This document shows, piece after piece, positions 40,101 through 49,454 of a stretch of 64,000 bases of DNA (positions within the stretch are counted from its first letter, which is position 1; every line of letters starts with the position of its first letter). The notes under the pieces were generated by a model. It searched no databases and had not been told where the DNA came from. It saw only the letters and a list, made by a program, of their open reading frames with translations. Source of the stretch: Squalus acanthias. Lineage: Eukaryota. The position numbers and the translations under genes were made by a program. The stretch spans positions 17,734,001 through 17,798,000 of the forward strand of contig CM059432.1 of assembly GCA_030390025.1 (NCBI GenBank), in the 5' to 3' direction.

Positions 40101-42219
40101 ACCAATAGAACCAAAGGGTACTGGTACAGGGATTGTCATCAGCCTGGGAGAATGTTATCAGTGGGGACCCACAGGGGTCTGATTTGGGACCCCTTTTGTT
40201 TAATATTTTTATAAATGATCTAGAGCTAGGAGTCATAAGCGCAGTGGTTAAATGTGCAGATGATACAAAGCTAATGAAGGTGGTAGACAACATAGCTGAA
40301 CAGGATAAGCTACAGAAGGATTTGAATATACTTGGGAACTGGGCAGACTGGTGGCAGATGAAATTCAGTGTAGAGAAATAAAAAATGCTTCACACGGGGA
40401 CAGAAAATTCAGGAAGGGACTATTACTTAAATGAAAAGAAAATAATGTGCATGGGAAATGAAAGAGATCTAGGGTCTTAATTGACAATAAATTGAAGCTA
40501 TCGCAACAATCTCATTGGCAGTGATTATCCAAATCAGATGTTGAGATGTATTAAAAGGTCAATATTGAGCCGAAATAGTGAGCTCATCCTGCCACTTTAT
40601 AATTCATTGGTGCGACTGCATTTAGAATACTGTGCACAGTTCTGGTCACCAAAGTACAAAAAAGATATTGCAGGTATTGGAAGGATCCAGAAGAGAACAA
40701 CTAGAATGTACTGACGAAGGGTCATCGACCTGAAACGTTAACTCTGTTTCTCTCTCCACAGATGCTGCCTGACCTGCTGAGTATTTCCAGCATTTTCTGT
40801 TTTTAACCAGAATGATGTCTGGGTCTGTTGTAGACTAATTGATTGAGATTGATTGATATAATTAGTCAACAACTCCATATCGTTGTATCGTGCGACTACC
40901 AGCTTGGTAGATGGCGAACCAAATGGAGCTTGGGTCTTTCTTCGTTTTGCATGACACATCTCATTCAACCTCTGACCTATCAGAGGAATGAATAGGAGTA
41001 AAAGAGGAGTCAATGTTTTTGCTGGTTGTCAGTTATTGATCAGCAAGATTGAATGTGTTAGGTTATTCTCTCTGTCCCACTATTATACCCATCTAACATC
41101 AAAGAAATGAAACAGAACCAGAAAATCTCATTCATTAGCTGCTACTAAAAAAGAATTTCAAGCCCCAATTGCCCATCGAACGAGCAGGCCTTTCTTTGAG
41201 AAGGCCAACATCAACAGTTGTTCCCAGAGTGAGATTGGACTGATCATATAAAAACATCTGTGAGAAGTCGCACAACACCAAGTTATAGTCCAACAGCTTT
41301 ATTTGAAATCACAAGCTTTCGGAGCGCTGCTCCTTCGTCAGGTGAAGTGAAGAGATGCATATGGGCACAGCATAAATAGTCAGAGAACAATGCCAGATGA
41401 TTACAGTTAATCTTTCTAACTGCCCTTTATCACACCTCGGCAGAGAGATAATCACGGCAATCAAAGGTGTGGAGACACACGACAACGCAAAAATCGTCGA
41501 GCAGAAACTGATAGCCAAGTTCCGCACCCATGAGGACGGCCTCAACCGGGATCTTGAGTTCATGTCACGCTACATGTAACCCCACCTGACGTAGAGTCAT
41601 CCAGACTCGAGCCGTCGTTGGCTTGTTCTCTCTACACAGATGCGGCCGGACCTGCTGTGATTTCCAGCAAAATAAGTTTTTTGTTTTCCATACAGACCCC
41701 AGCATCTGCCACATTTGACCCCTTGTGACCCCACCTCATTGTCTTTGATGTAATGTTTTCCTGACTGACCTGTTTGGACACCATCCACACCTTTGATTGC
41801 CGTGATTATCTCTCTGCCGAGGTGTGATAAAGGGCAGTTAGAAAGATTAACTGTAATCATCTGGCAGTGTTCTCTGACTATATATGCTGTGCCTATATAC
41901 ATCTCTTCACTTCACCTGACGAAGGAGCAGCGCTCCGAAAGCTTGTGATTTCAAATAAAGCTGTTAGACTATAACCTGGTGTTGTGCGACTTCTCACATT
42001 TGTCCACCCCAGTCCAACACCGGCATCTCCACATCATATAAAAACATGGATAGGGCCAGTGTATTCAGCTACAGCCATTAATGATGAAGATTCTCTATTA
42101 CCTACCTTATCTTGTATGAATCGAGCATCTTTGTTTGAGGACTTCAGCAGCATCTGTACTATGTTGAGAGCACCGCTTGGTCGACTAGCTGCACAGTGTA
42201 GAGGCAACTGATCCTTATG
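4031..42219 (-). CDS. trpn1: TRPN1/NompC mechanosensitive TRP channel, partial gene span: 9 exons encoding 341 aa of the N-terminal ankyrin-repeat array; 5' and 3' exons lie outside the window
   Basis: Nine GT-AG phase-0 exons splice into one open frame. The peptide is colinear with recalled NompC/TRPN1 ankyrin repeats, e.g. EGQTPLHxAAx[29 protein letters not shown]......KKGVx[14 protein letters not shown]....P.VV.TLLGFGA.V...[16 protein letters not shown]. Confidence 0.93.
6190..6872 (+). repeat. Complex (GT)n micro/minisatellite with higher-order unit ~gtgtgtgcgtgagtgtgtgtgtgtatttattag
   Basis: Read directly; source of the spurious HT-rich ORF. Confidence 0.95.
7501..7602 (-). CDS. trpn1: TRPN1 exon: [34 protein letters not shown]
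   Basis: 102 nt; acceptor ctctacag, donor GAG|gtaaga. Confidence 0.93.
8710..9110 (+). mobile_element. tRNA-derived SINE family B (possibly Meta/MESC-domain type); other copies at 29829-30230 and 32920-33330
   Basis: tRNA-like A/B boxes, core ctggttcactaatgtcctttagggaaggaaatctgccgtccttacc, and a tail shared with the LINE at 59900-62040. Confidence 0.75.
9639..9839 (-). CDS. trpn1: TRPN1 exon (two ankyrin repeats): [67 protein letters not shown]
   Basis: 201 nt; acceptor ttcactag, donor AAG|gtaagg; overlaps ORF 9576-9830. Confidence 0.93.
10255..10405 (+). repeat. Three copies of a ~50-bp unit (caggactccggcaatgcgtggagagggatacttc)
   Basis: Read directly. Confidence 0.8.
10930..11330 (-). mobile_element. 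CR1 LINE 3' end
   Basis: ORF 11024-11365 ([34 protein letters not shown]) and (ttcttatg)n tail. Confidence 0.9.
12835..12933 (-). CDS. trpn1: TRPN1 exon: [33 protein letters not shown]
   Basis: 99 nt; acceptor ttatag, donor AAG|gtagaa; translated by hand. Confidence 0.93.
12985..14742 (-). mobile_element. DeuSINE-type SINE (12985-13252 and 14598-14742) split by a CR1 insertion (13253-14597)
   Basis: The SINE breaks at gtgccatgggat and resumes at ttttacatc..gacagtgcagcactccc; ORFs 13422-13991 and 14004-14585 are CR1 RT ([18 protein letters not shown]). Confidence 0.88.
15998..16706. mobile_element. PIF/Harbinger-type MITE
   Basis: TIRs gggctggatttt / aaaatccagccc; 3-bp TSD TTT (15995-97 and 16707-09); host CR1 resumes seamlessly. 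Confidence 0.85.
17227..20860 (-). mobile_element. Near full-length CR1 LINE (3.6 kb): ORF1 SGNH-esterase remnant plus ORF2 APE endonuclease and RT, frameshifted
   Basis: [30 protein letters not shown] (ORF1); [24 protein letters not shown] (APE); [19 protein letters not shown] (RT). Confidence 0.93.
21132..21812. mobile_element. Second copy of the same MITE family, opposite orientation
   Basis: TIRs gggctggatttt / aaaatccaaccc; internal blocks shared with 15998-16706. Confidence 0.82.
24791..24892 (-). CDS. trpn1: TRPN1 exon: [34 protein letters not shown]
   Basis: 102 nt; acceptor gttacag, donor AAG|gtattt; not in ORF track, translated by hand. Confidence 0.92.
25092..26170. mobile_element. 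GC/CpG-rich non-autonomous Harbinger-like element containing a CR1 3' fragment (25418-25765, minus)
   Basis: Ends ggggagaaattt / aagtttctagccc; repeated subterminal tagcgcc motifs; related to 44378-45121 and 49075-49218. Confidence 0.65.
26600..27065 (-). mobile_element. L2 LINE 3' end
   Basis: [29 protein letters not shown]2 tail ggcgctgtataaata and (ttg)n. Confidence 0.85.
27365..27815 (-). mobile_element. DeuSINE-type (SacSINE1-like) tRNA SINE
   Basis: tRNA head, Deu-like core gctgcactgtcagaggtgctgtc, L2-type tail. Confidence 0.8.
28512..28613 (-). CDS. trpn1: TRPN1 exon: [34 protein letters not shown]
   Basis: 102 nt; acceptor atgcag, donor AAG|gtacct. Confidence 0.92.
30290..30800 (+). 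mobile_element. Vingi/Ingi-type LINE 3' end; a second copy at 38840-39304 is split by a SINE fragment (~38946-39165)
   Basis: Encodes [64 protein letters not shown], then ccatacga and a (gaa)n tail. Confidence 0.7.
31033..31281 (+). mobile_element. 3' end of the LINE family seen at 59900-62040
   Basis: Near-identical to 61790-62040 ([33 protein letters not shown]). Confidence 0.85.
31520..31618 (-). CDS. trpn1: TRPN1 exon: [33 protein letters not shown]
   Basis: 99 nt; acceptor ttttcag, donor AAT|gtgagt. Confidence 0.92.
33410..33735 (+). mobile_element. CR1 3' end inserted among Penelope-like fragments (33330-33950)
   Basis: CR1 tail sequence; downstream aggtcatcgacctgaaacgttaactctg..gatgctgcctgacctgctgag is a PLE-type 3' UTR. 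Confidence 0.75.
34386..34490 (-). CDS. trpn1: TRPN1 exon: [35 protein letters not shown]
   Basis: 105 nt; acceptor ttccacag, donor AAG|gtacaa; ankyrin repeat. Confidence 0.9.
34540..34965 (-). mobile_element. DeuSINE-type SINE, full length
   Basis: tRNA head, Deu-like core and L2 tail. Confidence 0.85.
35150..35572 (+). mobile_element. DeuSINE-type SINE, full length
   Basis: gtggctcagtgggtagcacactcgcc..ggttcaagg head; aaaggcgctatagaaatgcaagtctttc tail. Confidence 0.85.
37145..37660 (+). mobile_element. DeuSINE-type SINE containing a 91-bp Penelope-like insert (37223-37313)
   Basis: Insert flanked by an 11-bp direct repeat TCCAGAGACTT (37212-22 and 37314-24). Confidence 0.85.
37263..37304 (-). 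ncRNA. Minimal hammerhead motif in the 91-bp PLE insert
   Basis: Minus strand TCAC-CTGAGGA-A-GGGGC..GCTCC-GAAA-GC-TT-GTGA. Confidence 0.62.
37784..37818 (-). ncRNA. Minimal hammerhead motif, second PLE family
   Basis: Minus strand GTT-CTGAGGA-A-AGGTC(ACT)GACCT-GAAA-CG-TT-AAC. Confidence 0.62.
38445..38817 (-). mobile_element. RTE LINE insertion with an inverted 5' segment
   Basis: (gaa)n tail and 3' end on minus (38445-38520); plus-strand RTE peptide [32 protein letters not shown]; 13-bp TSD GACTCAGCAGTAT. Confidence 0.85.
39505..40095 (+). mobile_element. L2 LINE 3' fragment
   Basis: ORF 39430-39981: [36 protein letters not shown]. Confidence 0.9.
40100..40850 (+). mobile_element. Older CR1 fragment containing a short Penelope-like insert (~40709-40808)
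   Basis: [28 protein letters not shown]; the insert is flanked by agaatg. Confidence 0.8.
40708..40742 (+). ncRNA. Minimal hammerhead motif, second PLE family
   Basis: GTA-CTGACGA-A-GGGTC(ATC)GACCT-GAAA-CG-TT-AAC. Confidence 0.6.
41309..41345 (-). ncRNA. Minimal type I hammerhead ribozyme motif (PLE), in TRPN1 pre-mRNA sense
   Basis: Reverse-complement copy of 41912-41948. Confidence 0.7.
41912..41948 (+). ncRNA. Minimal type I hammerhead ribozyme motif (PLE)
   Basis: TCAC-CTGACGA-A-GGAGC(AGC)GCTCC-GAAA-GC-TT-GTGA. Confidence 0.7.
42106..42219 (-). CDS. trpn1: TRPN1 exon (most 5' in window): [38 protein letters not shown]
   Basis: 114 nt; acceptor ttttcag, donor AAG|gtaggt; ankyrin repeat. 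Confidence 0.9.
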
Positions 42220-42496
42220 CTGAAAAGTAAAGAAAAGTGCAGTGAAATAGGCGCTGTGCATCCTGAGGAGGCTATCGATACAGCAACATTTTTCCATTTA
42301 TTTCCCCAGTTCTCACTCCTGCTCATCACCTGTGATACTGTTCAGCGGGCAATGGCTGTATTCCTACCAAGTAATCACTCTTCATAAAAAGGTGGGGAAA
42401 TCTATGTATGTAGGATTAGCATGGTTTGCCTGGCTGTTTGAACAAACTTCCTTCACTTGTTTGTTGGTTCTCTTCAATAAATCATCGTTAACTAAT

Positions 42497-44290
42497 TAAA
42501 ATTTCTGGCAGGGGAGAGGCGGGCCTAGAAGTTGGGCTGCTTGGTGAACACTTTTCAAGGCGCTACACGGCCTGCTAAGGCCCCAAAATGGCGCCCGGAA
42601 GTGCGCCTTCCGCCATATAGGTAGAGGAGGTAGCGCTCGCGTCAGGAGCGCACGCAGACAGCGTTTAAAGTCAAAAATAATTTTTGTAGTTGAGGGCCCT
42701 GCGGTTCGTTTTTGGACTTTCCCAGTGCTTCACCGGCCACGTGTTGACCTCTCAGCACAACGTGACGCTAATGGGCATGAAGGTCCTCTCGCCAGCGCTA
42801 TTGAAAGGGATCATCCAGTACTTGCAGGTTAGTTGCTGGTTCACTACTTCTGGCTACTCTTTGACTTCTGGGCATTTTTCACTGACTTCAAAGTTCACTT
42901 TGTCTGCACAGGTAGAGATTTTGCTGCTTTTTGCACTGTTTTTGCTCTTTGACTCGCAACGTGTCTGGCTGCAGATATGGGTGGTCTGGTAAGGCTGGGA
43001 ATAGAACATGATTGGGAGACACCACAAAGCAGGCGAAGCTGCCAGAGGAGGTAGGAGGAGGAGGAGGGCACTCAACAGGAGGCCATATCCACCGAGGGTC
43101 TTCAGGGAACACTTCTTCTATCCTTAACATGACTGAGGAGCAATGTATGAGTCGCTTTCGCCTTACCAAGGCTACGCCACCTGCTCCAGGCTCAACTACA
43201 GCCTCAACCCAGGGCATGAACAGCACAGTCTATGGCTGTCAAGGTCACTGTCGCCCTCAACTTTTATGCAACGGGCTCCTTTCAGGCTGCAACAGGTGAC
43301 ATTAGCAACATCTCCCAGTTTGCAGTGCACCGATGTATCAGGGAGGTCACCGAGGCTCTATACACCAAAAGAAACACCGACATCTCCTTCCCTATCTCAC
43401 ACCCAAGTCCCGTTCACCCATCACCCCTGCTGCTCGCTGACCTACATTGGCTCCTGGTCAGGCAACGCTTCGATTTTAAAATTATCATCCTTGTTTTCAA
43501 ACCTCTACATGGTCTCGCCCCTCCCTATCACTGTAACCTCCTCCAGCCCTACAACCCCTCTGAGATCTCTGCGTTCCTCCAATTCTGGCCTCCTGAGCAT
43601 CCCCGATTTTAATCGCTCCACCATTGGCGGCCGTGCCTTCAGCTGCCAAGGCCCCAACCTCTGGAATTCCCTCCCTAAACCTCTCCACCTCTCTCTCCTC
43701 TTTTAAGGCGCTTCTTAAAACCTACCTCTTTGACCAAGCTTTTGGTCACCTGCCTTAATAGCTCCTTATGTGGCTCAGCATCAAATTTTTTTTGATAACG
43801 CTCCTGCGATGCATCGAGACATTTAATAACTACATTAAATGTAAGTTGTTGTTGCTGTTGTTGTTATTGACAGAGTGAAGCAGGATGAACAAGCATGAGG
43901 TATTGCCCGCATGGTGGACAGTGCGTTACGTGTTCCACATCAGCACCCTGGAATATTTATCAATCGGAAGGGATTCCACTCCCTCAACGTACAACTGGTT
44001 TGAAACCACAGGCAGTGCATCATGCAGGCCTGCGTCTTGCTATCCCGGCAGCAGTCATGACTCTTTCATTCTGTGCCAGTCCTCCGCGGTGACTTTATTC
44101 CAACCAGGCCGCCAAGGTACAAGCTGACTATTGGGCAAGAAAGGTTATCGCTTCCGGTGGAGTGCGGTGAGTGCAGCAGTGGGGACGACTCCAGTTAGGA
44201 ACCCGAAGATGCACAGCACGCCTCCAATGAGAGCCATGCTGCCACAAGGAACCCCAATGCAGCAAACAATCGACATGCTCAAGCAGCACG
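42497..44290 (+). mobile_element. Degenerate PIF/Harbinger transposase gene, interrupted by an L2 fragment (~43395-43865)
   Basis: [79 protein letters not shown]. Confidence 0.85.
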
Positions 44291-44377
44291 AGAGAAGCGG
44301 CCTCGGCAGAGCATCGCGAGAGACCCGAGGAGTGGCTAGATAAGAAGCACGAGAGAACCAGCAGTCATAGAGTCTAA

Positions 44378-45121
44378 GGGCTAAAAATTGAGTCGCGCCC
44401 CACTTTTAGCGCCCCGAAAAAATTAGCGGCCCCGCGCCGGAACTTCAGTGGTTGCGCCCCAAGAGGGAAGCGGGGCGCCACTGGAAGCACCCCGCATCCC
44501 TCTTGGGGCGCTGCGAGTCAATATCGTGGCGCTATGTGCTGCAGCGCCAGGCGCTGCGGCACGTCGCGCCGCGGTATTGCAGGCCTTCCTCCCCTTCTTA
44601 AAGGGGAGGGACCCTGCGCAGCGCGAACCGGGGCCCAGCTGGGCCCCCAGGGATCGGGAGTGCCGGCAAAAGAGCCCGGCACTCAAGAGAAGTGCCGGGC
44701 TCTTGGAGCGCAGCCGGCACTTCACGGTGGGGGGGCTTCACGGGGTCCGGGGACAGCAACGGGGGCAGGTGCTGGCAGGCGGCCAGCAACAAAAATGGCC
44801 GCCTGCCACCTCCCCTTTAAATATCGCCGCCCCGGCCGCACGTACGCCTCCCTGAACCCGTCGGACATAGCGTCTGGCGGTAAATCAGGGGGCGCGACTG
44901 AAGATCGCGGCTGGAGCGCGAGCGGGGTGCTGCGCACGGCGATGACGTCATCGCCGGCGGCGCAGCGCCACAGGGCGCTACCGGCTGGCGCCGCCGCTAA
45001 CCTCCCGCTGAATTTTGCGGGAGGCGTGGGTAGCGCTGCGCCCGGGCGTTAGCTGCTTTACGCCCCATTAGCGCCCTCTTAAGGCGCTAACGGGAGGCGC
45101 AAGCAGCTGAATTTTTCCCCC
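44378..45121. mobile_element. CpG-rich non-autonomous Harbinger-like element
   Basis: Ends gggctaaaaatt / aatttttcccc; tagcgcc subterminal motifs as at 25092-26170. Confidence 0.65.
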
Positions 45122-45122
45122 T

Positions 45123-46127
45123 GAGTGTCTCCGCTTCCACCACTTCCATCGGCAGCGAGTTCCAGGTCCTCACCACTCACTGCGTAAAAAAGTTTTTCCT
45201 CACATCCCCTCTGTATCTCATGCCCAAAACCTTAAATCTGTGTCCCCTAGTCCTTGTACCATCAACTAGTGGGAACAGCCTTTCCCCGTCTAGCCTATCC
45301 AAACCCATCATAATCTTGTACACCTCTATCAAATCATTCTTCAACCTCCTTTGTTCTAATGAAAACAAATCCAGCTTCTCCAACCTGTCCTTGTAGATAA
45401 GATCCCCCATCCCCAGAACCATTCTGGTAAATCTCCTCTGCACCCTTTCAAGGGCCTTCACATCCTTCCTAAAGTGTGGTGACCAGAACTGGATGCAATA
45501 CTCCAGTTGTGCTCTAACCAACGCTTTATAGGGGGTGCTATAGTGTTAAGTTCGTGTAAGTATTTAGTTTAGCGGTTAGTGTTTTTAGTGGTTGCTGTTA
45601 GCTAAACAGTTAAATGACCTTAAAGCTAAACAAACAGTTTCAAATAAGTGTTAGCTAACATGGCAGGACAGCTGAAGCCCATCGCATGCACATCATGTGC
45701 CATGTGGGAACTCCAAAACCCTTTGTGTGCCCTGGAAAACCAAATATACAGGAAGTTCCACGAACTGTTCGAGCTCGAGTTCAGAGTTTCAGAGCTTGAG
45801 GGCTGGCTGGCGTCACAACAGTGCATACGGGAAGCTGAGAGTTTTGTGGATAGCACGTTTAAGGAGATGATTACCCCTCAGCCAAAGAGAGTTCAAGAGG
45901 AGAGGATGTGGGTGACCACCAGGCAGACTAGGAGGAACAGGCAGGCAGTGCAGTAAAATCTAAATGGTACTATTTTGAGGGGGGTGCAAGAGCAGGGGGA
46001 CCTGGGGTGCATATTCACAAATCTTTGAAGGTGGCAGGGCAAGTTGATAAGGCGGTTAAGAACGGATATGGGATACTTGGCTTTGTGTATAGGGCAATGT
46101 ATGCAAAACAAGGAAGTCATGCTAAAC
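45123..46127. mobile_element. Rearranged CR1: minus-strand 3' part (45123-45529) joined to a plus-strand 5' part (ORF1 N-terminus 45648-45956 plus ORF2 piece)
   Basis: ORF 45177-45521 (-) is the CR1 C-terminus; ORF 45648-45956 (+) has CTSCAMWE..ELEFRVSELE, the CR1 ORF1 zinc-finger/coiled coil. Confidence 0.75.
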
Positions 46128-46200
46128 CAGTGGTGGGCAAAATATGGCCCACGGGCCGTATCCGACCCACCAATGGATTCTGTCCGGCCCACCAAGGCCT
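46128..46200 (+). mobile_element. hAT-like terminal fragment
   Basis: cagtggtgggcaaaatatggcccacgggccgtatccgaccc resembles hAT termini (CAGGGGTGGGCAA..GGCCCGCGGGCC). Confidence 0.5.
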
Positions 46201-46309
46201 GGCTTCAAGATGTGAACGTCCGCCGAATCTGACCCCGCCCCATGTGATGTCAAGAGGCGGGTCATTGTCTCCGAGGCAGCAGGGGAGTCAACATAGCAAC
46301 GGGCCTTAG

Positions 46310-47545
46310 AGACGGGAGGCAAAGCCAAACTTGATTGCATTTTTTGAGGCGGTAACAAGGAGGGTTGATGAGGGTAGTGGGTTTGATGTAGTCTACGTGG
46401 ATTTTAGCAAAGCTTTTGACAAGGTCCCACATGGCAGACTGGCCAAAAAAGTAAAAGCCCATGGGATCCAAGGGAAAGTGGCAAGTTGGATCCAAAATTA
46501 GCTTAGTGGCAGGAATCAAAGGGTAATGGTTGACGGGTGTGTTTGTGACTGGAAGACTGTTTCCAGTGTGGTTCTGCAGGGCTCAGTACTAGATCCCTTG
46601 CTTTTTGTGGTATATATCAATGATTCAGACTTCAATGTAGAGGGCATGATTAAGAAGTTTGCAGATGAAACAAACATTGGCTGTGTGGTTGATAGTGAGG
46701 AAGAAAGCTGTAGACTGCAGGAAGATATCAATGGACTGGTCCAGTGGGCAGAAAAGTGGCAAATGGAATTCAATCCGGAGAAGTGTGAGGTAATACATTT
46801 GGGGACGGCTAATAAGGCAAGGAACACATAATAAATGGTCGGACACTGAGAAGTGTAGAGGAATATAGAGACCTTGGAGTGCATGTCCACAGATCCCTGA
46901 AGGTAGCAGGACAGGTAGATAAGGTGGTTAAGAAGGCAAACGGGATACTTTCCTTTATTAGCCAAGGCATAGAATATAAGAGCAGGGAGATTATGCTTGA
47001 ACTGTATAAAACACTAGTTAGGCCACTGCATACAGTTCTGGTCACCACATTACAGGAAAGATGTGATTGCACTAGAGAGGGTACAGAGGAGATTTACAAG
47101 GATGTTGCCAGGACTTGAGAATTTTAGCTATGAGGAAAGATTGGATAGGCTGGGTCTGAGTGGAGACTTAATTGAGTTGTATAAATTTATGAGGGGCCTA
47201 GATAGAGTGGATAGGAAGGACCTATTTCCCTTAGCAGAGGGGTCAATAACCAGTGGGCATAGATTTAAAGTAATTGGTGGAAGGATTAGAGGGGAGTTGA
47301 GGGGAGTGCTTTTCACCCAGAGGGTGGTGGGGGTCTGGAACTCACTGCCTGAAAGGGTGGTAGAGGCAGAAACCCTCATGCATTTAAAAAGTGCTTGGAT
47401 GTGCACTTGAAGTGCCGTAAACTGCAGGGCTACGGACCAAGAGCTGGAAAGTGGGGATTAGGCTGGAGAGCTCTTTTTCGGCCGGCACAGACACGATGGG
47501 CCGAATGGCCTCCTTCTGTGCCGTAAATTGCTCTGATTCTATGAA
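46310..47545 (+). mobile_element. CR1 LINE RT and 3' end
   Basis: ORFs 46526-46831, 46879-47118 and 47063-47410. Confidence 0.9.
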
Positions 47546-47989
47546 GATACAGAGGCTGAGGTGGGCAGGAGGAGGCCGGGATCATCAATCCCACTGCACT
47601 CTAATTTTGGTCAAAACCTTTAAGCTGTTTCTCAGCGGGGTGCCTTAAGCTTTACTTTTGCATCGCTCTAAATGAAAGAGTTGCTGCTGTTAAAGTGGTG
47701 ATGTAACTCCAAAGGTCGGGTCCCCTCTGATTCTGGAGTGTATGGACGGAAACACCAGCGTGGTGTCCAGCCGAGTTTAAAAAGTGCTGAGGGATTCCGT
47801 TTACCCGTTTACCTGGGCGTAAGAGTTTAAAAAAAAAAATGCTTTGAGGCTCCTGCCCACCCTCGAAACATTTCAACTTTAATTTCTGGCAGCAGAGCCC
47901 CGCGTCTACGTGTGACCATGACCGCACACAGGTGCTCCTGGCAGCACCATGTGTCGATTTGCAGCCGGGCATAGTCCACAGCAGAACTG

Positions 47990-48485
47990 ATTCACCAGGC
48001 TGATACCTGGGATGGCAGGAATGACGTATGAGGAGAGATTGGGTCGATTGGGCTTATACTCGCTGGAGTTTAGAAGAATGAGAGGGGAATCTCATTGAAA
48101 CTTATAAAATTCTGAAAGGACTGGACAGACTAGATGCAGGAAGGATGTTCCCGATGGTCGGGGAGTCCAGAACCAGGGGTCACAGTCTAAGGGTAAGGGG
48201 TAAGCCATTTAGGACAGAAATGAGGAGGAATTTCTTCACCCAGAGAGTGGTGAACCTGTGGAATTCTCTACCACAGAAGGCAGTAGAGGCCAATTCATTA
48301 AATATATTCAAGAAGGAGTTGGATATATTTCTTAAGGCTAAAGGGATCAAGGGATATGGGGAGAAAGCAGGGACAGGGTTCTGAATTTGGATGATCAGCC
48401 ATGATCTCATTAAATGGCGGAGCAGGCTAGAGGGGCCGAATGGCCTACTCCTGCTCCTATCTTCTACGTTTCTATGTTTCTATGT
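47990..48485 (+). mobile_element. CR1 3' end, same young subfamily as 17227-20860
   Basis: Peptide nearly identical to ORF 17317-17760. Confidence 0.9.
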
Positions 48486-49454
48486 AACTCCGATGCTTCC
48501 AGTGCAACCATCAATCCCAGACCATTAACGTGGTGAAGCTGCAGTCTGGGTCGCTCTCTGTGAAAGTGCACAGAATTTCAGACAGATTAACTTTGCAAAA
48601 GACTTTCTGGGAGTTTGGGGCTTTTTACTTCATTGGGAACACGTCAGCCCATAGTTTCAGTCTCATTTGTTGCAGTGACCAACCAAGATGAGCGCCATTT
48701 TGACTGGTCGGTGTGAGATTAATCCCTCTCACGCTGAGTGTGCCATGCATTGGACAGTTTCAGAGGAAGCTCTCAAGTTGCTACGCATATTGCAAAAAGT
48801 CTTCAGGCTTCTGTGGGATACATTGGGCCACGGCCCCCACCCCACCCCCCCCCCCACCGGGGGGAGGGCCTTTTACCGACGGCAGCGCGGCCCCTAAACC
48901 AGTGGAGTGCGGTGAGTGCAGCAGTGGGGAGGGCACAGGCCTGTAGGAAACACAGCAGCCAATTTGCGCACAGTAAGCTCCCACAAACAGCAATGTGATT
49001 ATGACCAGATAATCTGTTTTAGTGATGTTGATTGAGGGATAAATATTGGCCAGGACACCGGGGATAACTCCCCTGCGCCTGATTTAGCGCTCAAATCACC
49101 TCCAGGGGCGATAGAGGCGAATTTTGCAGTCGGAGGCGATAATTAGCGGCAGGCGCTAAACTTTGCACCCGGCCGATATTAGCGCCCCAAAATGGGCGAT
49201 ACCGAATTTTTCTCCCCAGTTGGGGTCGGGGGATTTTATTGCAAATATGGTCTGTTTAATTGAGGACTAGGCATAAAAAAATTAATCCTCTGCTCACTTC
49301 TAGTTTCTTTTGCAATTGTCAATGTTAAAAATCAGGAATGCTCTCTTTCATCCTCTTTAATTCAGTTTCCATATTTCTGAAACTAAAAGAAAAATTCAAA
49401 AATACCGGGTTTAAAATATTACAATAGATTTTTTTAATATTCTTGCACATAAAG

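Larger units (their letters stand above)
41258..42032 (+). mobile_element. Truncated Penelope-like element with ~214-bp inverted terminal repeats and a GIY-YIG C-terminal remnant
   Basis: 41260-41473 is the reverse complement of 41784-41998; [22 protein letters not shown]; 15-bp TSD ATCATATAAAAACAT (41243-57 and 42033-47). Confidence 0.88.

Noticed and set aside
43012..44130. Domesticated HARBI1 gene
   Set aside because: It has frameshifts, an L2 insertion and no exon structure, so it is a decayed transposon.
49298..49376. Minus-strand segment with a good acceptor and a GTGAG donor as the missing upstream TRPN1 exon
   Set aside because: 79 nt with stops in all three frames and no ankyrin similarity.
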